Virus record (IMG/VR): IMGVR_UViG_3300036859_000816
Coordinates: 32,001-96,000 of that record
Reading direction: 5' to 3' (one strand)
Origin: a virus
DNA: 64,000 bases
The notes under the pieces were generated by a model. It had not been told where the DNA came from and did not search any database. It saw only the letters and a list, made by a program, of their open reading frames with translations. The translations under genes were made by a program, and so were the position numbers. Below, in pieces: positions 18,493 through 27,763 of this stretch (position 1 is its first letter; each line of letters begins with the position of its first letter).

Positions 18493-19248
18493 ATGGCTAA
18501 AGTTGTTACGATTCGCGAGCGCGTTCATCAGCCGTTCTGGGACACACTCGTACGCACCGCCGGTCTCGTACCCGGCACCCTCAACGATACCACCACTCTG
18601 TTCACTTCGAACGGTTCCCGTTCGGAGGCAACAACCAACCTGCAGAACGGCAGCACGTTGCCGTCGGATCAGAGTCACGTTGTGCTCGCCTTGCGCGTGT
18701 TCACGTGGTTCCGCAATCCGATTCTGCGCATTGCGGGTCAACCGGCGGGCGCGGTCGCGTTCAACGGCGACTTTAGCGAATTGGCGCCATGGGTGACGCC
18801 TGGTAGTCCGGCCTTCGGTCAGGCTCCGGGTCAAATCCAGGACGTTTACCGTCTGCACTGGCAGGCGGAAGAGCAGCTGCACTGGGACTTCGGTACCGGT
18901 CTCAAGGACTCGATCTTCAACATGCCCACCTGGTACTTCCCGGCGGGCGGTGGAATTTCGGGCGACATGGGCGGCGCGACCGACCTGATCCACTGGCAAA
19001 ACAGTGGCTGGGATGGTCACTCCGGCATCCTGCGCCTCGCGCGCGCAATCCTGCTCCCTCCGCGTCAGAACATCATCACGCGAGCGAAAATCTTCCCGCT
19101 CGAGGCCAACGGCCAAGCGATGACGTTCGGCACGACCCAGGGTTCGCGCAACATGTTGTCGCTCAAAGACAACATCAACACCGTCGACGCGATTCAGAAG
19201 GTCATTACCTTCACCTTTGACGGATTGTTCAGTCGCGACGTCCAGTAG
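18493..19248 (+). CDS. Putative major capsid protein (single jelly-roll candidate)
   Basis: RBS CAGGAG; 251 aa, beta-strand-like alternation, no TM; directly follows the core-protein gene; fold is inferred. Confidence 0.6.
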   Translation: MAKVVTIRERVHQPFWDTLVRTAGLVPGTLNDTTTLFTSNGSRSEATTNLQNGSTLPSDQSHVVLALRVFTWFRNPILRIAGQPAGAVAFNGDFSELAPWVTPGSPAFGQAPGQIQDVYRLHWQAEEQLHWDFGTGLKDSIFNMPTWYFPAGGGISGDMGGATDLIHWQNSGWDGHSGILRLARAILLPPRQNIITRAKIFPLEANGQAMTFGTTQGSRNMLSLKDNINTVDAIQKVITFTFDGLFSRDVQ

Positions 19249-19304
19249 CGCCCCCGAATAAATGGTGGTGCACGGAATTATGTAGGTCGGCTATCCTTTC
19301 CGTT

Positions 19305-20690
19305 GTGAGTAATTGCAACGGAAAGGATGGGTCGATTGGCAGAAAATCAGCACGGGCATTTGAAGTTGGGGCGCGTATAGGGGAGTGGGAAGTCGTAGCA
19401 GCGATCGTTCGCGACGCTACGGACGCACAGAAGAGGAATGGACAGAAGCAGGAACAGTGCTCCGTAGTGCGTTGTCGCTGCGGTCGAGAGCGCACACTAC
19501 CAAATGGATACTTGCGCGCTGGACGCAGTCTAGGTTGCGGTTGCCGTCGTGCTGAGGGCTGGAAGAATAGGAGCCGATCTCACGGCAAGAGCCGCACACC
19601 ATTGTATCGACTTTGGGCGTCTGTTAAGCACAGGCTGATCAGAGATCGCACATACGAAGGCATTCGAATGTACGCGCCTTGGCAGCACGACTTCGAGACG
19701 TTCGAAGCATTCATTCTGAGTCTTGGCCCGAAACCCACGCCGCAACACACGCTAGATCGAATCGATCCACGCGGAGATTACGTACCCGAAAATCTGCGGT
19801 GGGCTGACAAGGCTATGCAAGCCATCAATCGTCGCCCATTTGCTACTATTCAACAGCTGAGTCATAGGTCTGGACGGACGCTAATCCATGGCCACACCGG
19901 TAGTGAATTGCACAAACATTGGTGCCACATCAAGTACCGCATCAAGAACGAAAAATCATACTCCGGAATTCGAATGTACGAGCCATGGTTGAAGGATTTT
20001 TCAGCTTTTAATGCGTACATCGAGAGCCTTGGCCCGAAACCTACACCGCAGCATTCTCTGGACCGCATCGATCCAACAGGTGACTACGCACCAGGAAATC
20101 TGCGGTGGGCGGACAAGACGACGCAGTCCGAAAATCGCCGCAATAACAAGAGTCGGCAACTCCAGACCAAGAGCATCGTCAGTGTCGGCCAGAAGTACGA
20201 CATGCTGACTGTACTGGAGCTCGTCATCTTAGAAAAGCACGGCGTCACTTGGTACGGTGCGAAGGTGCAGTGCGAGTGCGGTACGATCAAGACCGTTTAC
20301 CAGAAGCAACTGCTATCGGCACGGACGAAGTCGTGCGGATGCTTCAAAAACACGAACCTGCGGTTGGGTCACAAGGCGCTCGAAAAGCCGATTACCGTCG
20401 ATGGTGAAATGTTGAGTTTGCGCGCTTGGTCGCGCCGTCAAGGAATTTCTCCGCAAGTCATCTGGACTCGCATCCACAGGCTGGGTTGGGATCCGGCAGA
20501 AGCCGTGAAGCGCCCGCTGCGAGAGGTTAAGCAGATCGAAGTCAAGGGCGAAAAACTGAACGCAGAAGAATGGTCGGCGCGGCATGGCGTGCCGGCGCAT
20601 GTGATCGTGAAGCGGCTGGAGCGGTTCGGTTGGGATCCAGAACGAGCCGTCACGCAGCCGGTTCGTGGCTGGCGCCGAAAGGCCGCGTAG
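19305..20690 (+). CDS. Free-standing HNH-type homing endonuclease with duplicated nuclease module
   Basis: Two copies of GPKPTPQH[TS]LDRIDPxGDYxPxNLRWA; CRCG...SLGCGC and CECG...KSCGC Zn motifs; two GWDPxxAV repeats. Confidence 0.85.
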   Translation: MSNCNGKDGSIGRKSARAFEVGARIGEWEVVAAIVRDATDAQKRNGQKQEQCSVVRCRCGRERTLPNGYLRAGRSLGCGCRRAEGWKNRSRSHGKSRTPLYRLWASVKHRLIRDRTYEGIRMYAPWQHDFETFEAFILSLGPKPTPQHTLDRIDPRGDYVPENLRWADKAMQAINRRPFATIQQLSHRSGRTLIHGHTGSELHKHWCHIKYRIKNEKSYSGIRMYEPWLKDFSAFNAYIESLGPKPTPQHSLDRIDPTGDYAPGNLRWADKTTQSENRRNNKSRQLQTKSIVSVGQKYDMLTVLELVILEKHGVTWYGAKVQCECGTIKTVYQKQLLSARTKSCGCFKNTNLRLGHKALEKPITVDGEMLSLRAWSRRQGISPQVIWTRIHRLGWDPAEAVKRPLREVKQIEVKGEKLNAEEWSARHGVPAHVIVKRLERFGWDPERAVTQPVRGWRRKAA

Positions 20691-20708
20691 GCCCATAAAT
20701 TCACGGCG

Positions 20709-20763
20709 AATCCGAAACGTGCGGATTTTTTGACGGCATCCGCCGCGGGGTGACAGACTGTCA
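20709..20763 (+). promoter_or_regulatory. Terminator-like hairpin fused to promoter TTGACG-N18-CAGACT with palindrome TGACAG-A-CTGTCA
   Basis: AATCCG/CGGATT stem plus T-run 20709-20731; -35 at 20730, -10 at 20754; palindrome 20751-20763. Confidence 0.5.
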
Positions 20764-20838
20764 GCGCACGGAAAAAATCGTCGATTCCGATACGGCGCTC
20801 CACTGGACTGCCGATACTCCTCAGGAGACACGGACAAC

Positions 20839-21807
20839 ATGCAGCAAATCGATCTCGGTCAACTAGTCCAAGGCGTTGCCTCGGCGAACGCGAACGCGCA
20901 ACGCGCACTCAAGGCCGTCAACGAATTCTCGCAGGCAGCAGGTCCCGATCTCAAGGCGGCTCGTGGCGAAATTCGCCGTCTCATTGAGGACACAGCGGTC
21001 CTCAAGGAGGCGATGACCAAGCTCGAAGCGCAGCGCACGGGCAACCCGAAAATCCAGTACGTCGAAAATATCCCGGGTCGACGCATTCCATTTGACGCGC
21101 TCGTGGACATTCCCATCGGCGCGGGCATAACGAGCACGCAGCAAGGCACGATCACGATCTCGCAGGAAGGTCCGTTCGTGGCCGTGGCGCGCTTCGTGAC
21201 GTTGCAGTCGCAGTTCCAGTTTCAGTTCGTTGATCCCGTGACACTGGCGAAGATCAGCTTCATGGGGCGCAGCTTTGGTCGCTACCGTCCAGTGCACTCG
21301 GCATGGGATCTGTCCGATGGTCGACCCGTCGATCAAGTGTCGATGGTCGTCGGCTTTCCTGGCTCGGGTGCGCCGCACGTCATCAGCCCGAGCAATGAAT
21401 CGCCGTGGCGCAGTATGGAAGGCGACTTCCGCATTCTCTTCGTCGAAGCCGGCTCGAGCTATCCGCGCAGCAACATTGAAGTGCCGAGTCCGTTTTGGAC
21501 GACGCAGATCAATTCGCCCTTTCAGCTCGGAGCTCTGGACGTTTTTGAACGCGGCGAAGTGCTGACGTTCAAGGTGCTGCCGACGCACGAGAACAATCCG
21601 CCGTTCGGTAACATCTTCGGCTTTGGCGCACCCAACCCGAATTTCCCGTTCGTCACGAGCGGCTGGGACGCCGTCGAAGGCATCAGCGACCCAAACCGAC
21701 TGGATGCCGGAAATACCGATCCAATTACGCGGCTACCCAACGCGATCATGACCATCGGCTTCCACGGCTATCGCATTATTCAGCCGCCGGGCGGTGGTCC
21801 GTACTGA
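20839..21807 (+). CDS. Putative second capsid protein (N-terminal coiled coil plus jelly-roll candidate)
   Basis: RBS CAGGAG; beta-rich; ends IMTIGFHGYR, compare ITFTFDGLF of 18493. Confidence 0.55.
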   Translation: MQQIDLGQLVQGVASANANAQRALKAVNEFSQAAGPDLKAARGEIRRLIEDTAVLKEAMTKLEAQRTGNPKIQYVENIPGRRIPFDALVDIPIGAGITSTQQGTITISQEGPFVAVARFVTLQSQFQFQFVDPVTLAKISFMGRSFGRYRPVHSAWDLSDGRPVDQVSMVVGFPGSGAPHVISPSNESPWRSMEGDFRILFVEAGSSYPRSNIEVPSPFWTTQINSPFQLGALDVFERGEVLTFKVLPTHENNPPFGNIFGFGAPNPNFPFVTSGWDAVEGISDPNRLDAGNTDPITRLPNAIMTIGFHGYRIIQPPGGGPY

Positions 21808-22616
21808 TGGCTGCCGCTGAGATTCAGACTTGGCTGCGTCAGCAGGGTATACCGGCGCAACCGGTCGCTAGCGTACTCGATCGATTTGCGAAGGTGCCGA
21901 GCGAATGCGGATCGCTACGTGTGCAATTTTCCGGTAGTTGGTTGCTGCAACTCGCAAACCATCCGACCACAACTCCATTCGAGCACAGCTTTCGCAAGCT
22001 ACCGCAGGATGGCATCTTCGCTGCCACACCCGAGCGGCCGAATATCATCGAGCTCGGATCGTTTACTGTGCCCGCAAGCATGGTGTTGCTCGTTCTGGAT
22101 TGGCGGTTTGATATTTATCGACCGAATGGCGCCATCGTCGGCGACGTCGTACCCATCGAAGAACGACGGCTCGCTCTGCAAATCGGTTGGGACGTGGTGT
22201 TCAGCGCGAAGCGGACCGCCAACCTCGAATACGAAATCACACCCGCGCCACCTACGACCGGCGGTCTGTCCGCATATAAGGCGAATCCCAACGCTGGCAT
22301 CATTCCGGACAACTTTGGCATCGCGCTGCCGCCCGCGTCACAGGTCGAATTTGATCGCATACGCTTCCTGCAGACGCAGGAGCCGAGCGGCTTAGGCGCA
22401 TCAATGCTCCCACAGCGACATCGGCGGGACGTCCAACCGCAAATGCCGTTTACGTACATTCTCGAGGAAAATCAGACCATTCAGTTTTTGAACATTGCCT
22501 TTCAGCCCGTGCCCATCCCGCTCGCCTTCTTTGAGGTGGAATTCAGCGGGCTGCTTTTGGGCTCCAATGCGTTCAAAGAGTTCATCAAGGGCTCGAATCC
22601 TTGCGTGGGCTACTGA
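21807..22616 (+). CDS. Putative third capsid/penton protein (jelly-roll candidate)
   Basis: TGATG coupling; beta-rich; ends FEVEFSGLL. Confidence 0.5.
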   Translation: MAAAEIQTWLRQQGIPAQPVASVLDRFAKVPSECGSLRVQFSGSWLLQLANHPTTTPFEHSFRKLPQDGIFAATPERPNIIELGSFTVPASMVLLVLDWRFDIYRPNGAIVGDVVPIEERRLALQIGWDVVFSAKRTANLEYEITPAPPTTGGLSAYKANPNAGIIPDNFGIALPPASQVEFDRIRFLQTQEPSGLGASMLPQRHRRDVQPQMPFTYILEENQTIQFLNIAFQPVPIPLAFFEVEFSGLLLGSNAFKEFIKGSNPCVGY

Positions 22617-22753
22617 GCCGTGAGAACCTTTCTGGAGTCGTCCGTGTCCCTCAAACGTCGAAATTGCAACGTAGTGGATCGGCAAAACTGCTACGCGCAC
22701 GTTCGCATCCGGAGTGAGGGCGCGGCCGGCTCCGGGATATATCAAGGTGAGCT

Positions 22754-23551
22754 ATGACCGCACTCGGCGCTTACTACGCGACCAAAACACTGGAACCGAT
22801 TGCCGGCTTGGGTCACCTGGGTCAAGCGCCCGAGCAGACCATGTCGGCGCTGGCCGCCAATACGATGCAGAGCTTTCTGCAGTCGATTCAGCCGCTCGGT
22901 ATCTACATTCCCTGGGCCGACCAGGTAGGCGAACACGACTGGAAGGTCGTTTCACCCGATCAGCGGTACGCCCTATATCCCGTAACGGCGGACATCTTGT
23001 CGTCCGCGGAACGGGCATCGTTCGGGCAACCCGTCGGCTTCGTTACGGTGTTGTCGGCGCATCAGCTCACTCTCGCTGATGCGGCACGTCTATTTGATGG
23101 CACGCCGTTCGAGTACTTCTCGACGGATGCATCGTACCGTGATGACGATCACAAATCCGCGCCAACGATTTACTTCGTCTACTGGGGTCGGTTGCGCGAC
23201 ACGGCGCAGACCGTCGGCAACTACAAGACGCTCGAGAGCCAAGCCAAAGCGATGGGTGTTCAGCTCGCGTTTCCCGTGTACGTCAACGTACCGGCCGACG
23301 CGACGCAACCCGCGATCGATTTCAATCTTGCGCTCAAAGCTCAACAGCTCGCGCCGACGACCGCGGCCATGCCAACGGCGATTGCGCCAACGCCAGTCGC
23401 ACCTACGGCGATAGCGCCCGCGGCTGCCGTAACGCAGAAATCATCCGGCATCCCTTCGTTGCTGTTGATTCTGGCCGTTGGCGGAGTGGCCGCTTACGCC
23501 GGCTACCGCATCATGCACGGCGGTCGTCGCAGAGCCGCCACTGTGTCGTAA
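22754..23551 (+). CDS. Putative virion protein with C-terminal TM
   Basis: IAGLGHLGQ near the N-terminus; PTAIAP repeats; TM plus RRR. Confidence 0.8.
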   Translation: MTALGAYYATKTLEPIAGLGHLGQAPEQTMSALAANTMQSFLQSIQPLGIYIPWADQVGEHDWKVVSPDQRYALYPVTADILSSAERASFGQPVGFVTVLSAHQLTLADAARLFDGTPFEYFSTDASYRDDDHKSAPTIYFVYWGRLRDTAQTVGNYKTLESQAKAMGVQLAFPVYVNVPADATQPAIDFNLALKAQQLAPTTAAMPTAIAPTPVAPTAIAPAAAVTQKSSGIPSLLLILAVGGVAAYAGYRIMHGGRRRAATVS

Positions 23552-24192
23552 TGCTGCCGATCATAGCGGTATCGGGATTAGGTGCGACGCAGGCGGATCA
23601 ATCTTCTGTGCGCTGCCGAACGCGAGCGCGCCCATGGGGTGCAACCCAATCATCCGAGCCTAGCTGTCAACCGCGGCCGCAACCCTGGTCGTGGATGCTC
23701 CCACCAGCGCCACCCGCTATCTCTACACCACCGAAGGTAGCCGTTGTCCGTGCTCCGGTTGTAGTCGCCAAGCCGCCGCCGGTCGTAAAAGCAAAGCCTG
23801 CACCCGTTGTAACAGTCAAGCCTGCTCCGACCGTAGTAAAATGCGAACCGGGAATGAAAGACTGCGCATGCAGAGCAGATAGCACGTGCGACCGCGGTTC
23901 GCGTTGTGTGGCGCACACGTGTGTGCCATGCAAACTGGGTACGCATAAATGCCAATGCGATGACAATGGAAAATGTCCGGGGCGCACAAGCAAAACCGGG
24001 AAGCTCTATTGCAAGTCGGGCATCTGCAAAAAGAGAGTGCACCACGGCATCTGGCCATTTTCTTCAACGAGCTACGAAGGACTCGGTGAAGAGCCGGCCG
24101 CACCGCTTTGGGCTTGGGCTGGTATCATCGGTTTGACGGGATTCATCTTTTGGTCGACGCTCCGTCCGCCGCGCCTACCGATAGGACGCTGA
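23551..24192 (+). CDS. Pro-rich and Cys-rich putative virion protein with C-terminal TM
   Basis: TAATG coupling; VSGLGA and YEGLGE flank two Cys-rich repeats. Confidence 0.8.
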   Translation: MLPIIAVSGLGATQADQSSVRCRTRARPWGATQSSEPSCQPRPQPWSWMLPPAPPAISTPPKVAVVRAPVVVAKPPPVVKAKPAPVVTVKPAPTVVKCEPGMKDCACRADSTCDRGSRCVAHTCVPCKLGTHKCQCDDNGKCPGRTSKTGKLYCKSGICKKRVHHGIWPFSSTSYEGLGEEPAAPLWAWAGIIGLTGFIFWSTLRPPRLPIGR

Positions 24193-24193
24193 T

Positions 24194-24436
24194 ATGGCTG
24201 AACCGCAACTGGTCGTCAGTCCCCAGGACATCGAGAAGGTACTGAAAGGGGCCAAAGCGATCGGTAACCCGATGGCCATCGTTCAACGCTTTGCCGGCCT
24301 GGGCGAAGCGGAACAGCAGGCGGGTATACCGGGATGGGCTTGGTTGTCGCTGGCCGTGGGCGTCGGTGTCGTAGTGGGCATGCAACTACGGCCCGCAGTG
24401 GATGATTTTTTGCAGAACCGCGGCTTCCGCCGCTAA
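24194..24436 (+). CDS. Small membrane protein
   Basis: FAGLGE followed by TM WAWLSLAVGVGVVVGM. Confidence 0.75.
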   Translation: MAEPQLVVSPQDIEKVLKGAKAIGNPMAIVQRFAGLGEAEQQAGIPGWAWLSLAVGVGVVVGMQLRPAVDDFLQNRGFRR

Positions 24437-24448
24437 ACTGGAGCGGCA

Positions 24449-25948
24449 ATGGCGTACAACCACATGTCGGCATATCAGGAAGGCATTCTCGGCGCTTTAA
24501 TGCGTCAGCCCGGCTCCGTGCACGAAGGCAGCCTGGGCGTGCTCATGCGTCAGCCCGGGTCTGTACACGAGGGCAGTCTGGGCATTCTGATGCGTCAGCC
24601 GGGCTCCGTGCACGAAGGCAGCCTTGGCGTGCTCATGCGCCAGCCTGGGTCTGTACACGAGGGTAGTTTGGGCGCACTCATGCGTCAGCCGGGATCCGTT
24701 CACGAAGGCAGCTTAGGCGTGACGCCGCGCCGTCGCATTTGGACAGCCGCATCACCGCTCTTGCAAGGGATCGGTCTGGCGCCTGCACCAATGACCGCTC
24801 CGGGAACGTCCGTCATGATGGCTCCGCGCGTTGCGGGTATGCCCGCGTACGCGCGCGCGGCGGCGGAACGAGCTCGCGCCCGCGCGGAATGTCAAGCGCG
24901 CTGCTATGCGCTGCCGACAGCAAAGCGCCCGGGCTGTCTGTCGGGTTGTTCCCGATCCTATCCCGTGAGCGGCCTCGGAGCTCTGATGGCGCCGCCTGGT
25001 GCGGCCGTCATGATGCGGCCACCAACGCGGGCAATGCCCGCATCGGCGCGTGCTGCCATGGAGCGCGCCCGGGATCGCGCGGAATGCCGCTCGCGCTGCT
25101 ATGCGCTGCCGTCGGCGTCGCGTACGCCGTGTCTATCGACGTGTTTAGCAACGTACCCCTTGACCGGTCTCGGAGCGGATGGAGATGCAGCCGCAGCGGC
25201 CGCACGCGAAGCCGCCGAACACGCAACGACCCGTGTGTCGTCTGAACAGGCGGCTTCAGCTGCAACGATCAAAGCTTCGCAGGCAGCGGCTCAGGCTGCT
25301 GCGGCGACGCATCCGATCGAACGAGCGGCGGCTGAGAGTGCAGCGTCCGCGGCAGCAGCCGCTGCTGCACAACATACCCAACAAGCGCAAGCGGCTCGGG
25401 CTGCTGAGATCAGTGCCGTCGCTAGAATGCGGATGATTGCGGCATCGCCACATCGTCCGCACTATCCGCCCTGGGCCGCAGCGGCAGCCATTGTGCCGCC
25501 TGGTCAGCGCGTACGCAGGCGCGCTACGCCGTGGTTTGGACAGTACGGTCGGGCAGCGAAAACCATTGGCAAGGGATTCTCGAAGGTTCAGCACTACGCG
25601 GAAACGCCCGAGCGATACATACAAAAGGTGCCCGTTGTGGGCACTGCGGCGAAAGCGGCGAAGACTGTTATCGAGGCTCCCATCAAAGCCATTACGTCAC
25701 TTTTCGGTCTGGGCGCGGCGCCGCAAACGGTTGCCGCCAAAATGGCTTCCGCGACGGCACGCGCGGTTTGTCTCAAGAACTGTGAAAAGCGTCCGGGAGC
25801 CGCATTCGCTCCATGCGTGAGTAGCTGCTTGAATCAGTATCCCTTGCATGGTCTGGGCGCCGAAACACCGGCCGGGGATACGAGCTGGCTCTGGATCGTG
25901 GGAGGCGTGGCACTGCTCGGCGCAGTCGTAGTAATGGCGTCGCGGTGA
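24449..25948 (+). CDS. Modular precursor-like virion protein (5x 15-aa repeat, 3x twin-CX3C modules, C-terminal TM)
   Basis: RBS GGAG; xLMRQPGSVHEGSLG x5; three CxxxC-x10-CxxxC-xxxYPxxGLG modules. Confidence 0.85.
   Translation: MAYNHMSAYQEGILGALMRQPGSVHEGSLGVLMRQPGSVHEGSLGILMRQPGSVHEGSLGVLMRQPGSVHEGSLGALMRQPGSVHEGSLGVTPRRRIWTAASPLLQGIGLAPAPMTAPGTSVMMAPRVAGMPAYARAAAERARARAECQARCYALPTAKRPGCLSGCSRSYPVSGLGALMAPPGAAVMMRPPTRAMPASARAAMERARDRAECRSRCYALPSASRTPCLSTCLATYPLTGLGADGDAAAAAAREAAEHATTRVSSEQAASAATIKASQAAAQAAAATHPIERAAAESAASAAAAAAAQHTQQAQAARAAEISAVARMRMIAASPHRPHYPPWAAAAAIVPPGQRVRRRATPWFGQYGRAAKTIGKGFSKVQHYAETPERYIQKVPVVGTAAKAAKTVIEAPIKAITSLFGLGAAPQTVAAKMASATARAVCLKNCEKRPGAAFAPCVSSCLNQYPLHGLGAETPAGDTSWLWIVGGVALLGAVVVMASR
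24494..24718 (+). repeat. 45-nt coding tandem repeat x5
   Basis: In-frame ATG every 45 nt from 24500; differences are mostly synonymous. Confidence 0.9.
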
Positions 25949-26544
25949 ATCCAACCGGCATCGACGGATTTTTGCATCGGCTCGGCGAAGTCCTCGGAAC
26001 ACTGCAAGCCGCGCCGGGTCCCGTCCATCGGCGCATCTGGATCGAGCTCGGTCCCTGGCTTCGAACACTGACGGTTGAGGCCGCGCCGAAGTGGCTCGGG
26101 CGGCTCGCCGCCGAGTTGCCATGTCATGTTGCAGCGATCGAACATGATGGCGCGCGCAAGTGTCCTCGGCATGCCGTCGCGCTCTGCATGCTCTGCGGTG
26201 GCGCAACGTGCCTCGAGCACGCGTTCATCGATATCCACGGCGAATCGATCTGTTACGTATGTGCGACGAAAGCGTTACACGGTCATGTGCACCACGCGCC
26301 GCCGCCAAAGGTACCGCGAGACGTGCAGTCACCGCGCGATGTCGCCTGGGCTTGCCGGCAGCTCAAAGTAGACAGCGACGTGACCGCGGCCGAGTTACAT
26401 ACTGCGCACCGCAAGTTAAGCGCACACTGGCATCCGGACCGCTATCGTACTGAGCAACAGAAGGCAAACGCAGAGCGACGCTTCAAGGACGTTCAACGAG
26501 CTTTCGATATCTTGCAGAAGCATCTGCAACGTAGTGCTGCATGA
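25945..26544 (+). CDS. Zn-finger plus DnaJ (J-domain) protein
   Basis: Cys/His cluster CxxC..CxxH..CxxC; C-terminal HRKLSAHWHPD...AERRFKDVQRAFDIL. Confidence 0.85.
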   Translation: MNPTGIDGFLHRLGEVLGTLQAAPGPVHRRIWIELGPWLRTLTVEAAPKWLGRLAAELPCHVAAIEHDGARKCPRHAVALCMLCGGATCLEHAFIDIHGESICYVCATKALHGHVHHAPPPKVPRDVQSPRDVAWACRQLKVDSDVTAAELHTAHRKLSAHWHPDRYRTEQQKANAERRFKDVQRAFDILQKHLQRSAA

Positions 26545-26819
26545 GGGAGTAAAATCTGACTGAGCTGAATAAGCTGAGCGATGCGACCGTGCATCAGCAC
26601 GCTGTGATAGCGCTACGTGAAGCGACCAAACAATTGGTGGATGCGCAAGCGGATCTAGCCTTGGGCAGCATTCTCCGATCGACGATCGATATGGCGTTGA
26701 AGAGCGTAGAAGACGCGCGCGAGGCAGTGTACGAACTGCGCCGTCGAGCCGGCGCGACAACGCGCCTGCGATCTCAGTTGCCGCGTGACGACGATGATCC
26801 GCATGCCAAACGCTAAAAA

Positions 26820-27662
26820 TTGGACAATTGCGGCGCGTTGGCGGCAAAATCTGTGGTTGTGACTGATCGACTAGCTGCTACCGCTCTCCGCATACTCGCT
26901 CCGCGAGCCGTCGTGTTTGGATTCGGCAATCCGGACAGCTTGCAGAATGTCATCACGACCGACCTGCCGAACGGCGCCGAGTGCTTCGTTATCGAGGACC
27001 GGACGCTGTATCGGCTGAACAAAACGCTGACGGTTACACCGCCCGGCGGAATTCAACCGGTCGGTGGTCCGGGACGCTGGGTTCCCGATTTCGGTCCAAC
27101 CGGCCCAACGGGACCCACCGGAACGAGCGGAAGTACGGGACCGACCGGAGTCGGCACGACGGGTGCGACCGGTACAAGCGGCGCAGCAACCTTCGGACGC
27201 GCCTCGATGCAATTCGATCCGAGTGTGTTCGGAACCGATGGTGTGTTCGACGTTGCCGCACAAAATAATTGGATAGGAGCCGATAGCACGCAGGTTGCCT
27301 ACGTTGTTCAAACGACACTGAGTGCCGATTGGTCACTGAATGGAACTACTGGCGTGCTGACGTACTCCGGCGTGGATGCATTCTACGCGTTCGTCGGATC
27401 CGTCAATCTGAACTCTCAGGATGGCGTTGCGCGTAATATCGAGGTCGCGTTTACCAAAAATGGTGCATTCATCGGTTCGCCAACCGCTATCTTGAATGCT
27501 ACCGGCGGCTTCACCAATGCGCTCAACTTCATGCCGTATAATCCCACTGCGATGTTCGCCGTATCCGCGACCGATACGATTCAAATGATCGCGCGTAACG
27601 TCGATGCGAACGCAAACCTCGAATACAACCGCCTGAGCGCCATTGGCTGGCGCGTCGGTTAA
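26820..27662 (+). CDS. Collagen-like spike/fibre protein
   Basis: GPT/GxT triplet repeats followed by a beta-rich head; true start probably GTG 26853 or 26859. Confidence 0.75.
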   Translation: MDNCGALAAKSVVVTDRLAATALRILAPRAVVFGFGNPDSLQNVITTDLPNGAECFVIEDRTLYRLNKTLTVTPPGGIQPVGGPGRWVPDFGPTGPTGPTGTSGSTGPTGVGTTGATGTSGAATFGRASMQFDPSVFGTDGVFDVAAQNNWIGADSTQVAYVVQTTLSADWSLNGTTGVLTYSGVDAFYAFVGSVNLNSQDGVARNIEVAFTKNGAFIGSPTAILNATGGFTNALNFMPYNPTAMFAVSATDTIQMIARNVDANANLEYNRLSAIGWRVG

Positions 27663-27763
27663 GCGTGATGCGGCCTGAACCACGGAAGCGACGTAAATCG
27701 GTATTTTTTGGCGGTAAATCGCGAAAATTCGCCAAACCGGCGAGGACCGGTTAGAAAGACAAC

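Noticed and set aside
19249-20838. Group I intron splitting one double-jelly-roll capsid gene around the HNH
   Set aside because: Upstream gene has a clean stop, downstream gene has its own RBS and promoter, and the non-coding flanks (~55 and ~150 nt) seem too short for a ribozyme core
24494-24718. 45-nt repeats as a possible CRISPR array
   Set aside because: No unique spacers, in-frame coding, variation at synonymous sites, no cas genes
24449-25948. Classical RiPP biosynthetic cluster
   Set aside because: No YcaO, radical SAM, lanthionine synthetase or peptidase-ABC transporter nearby, and the precursor has a TM anchor like its neighbours
26589-26816. 75-aa + strand ORF after the J-domain gene
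   Set aside because: Plausible helical protein, but no motif or clear RBS, so not listed as a feature
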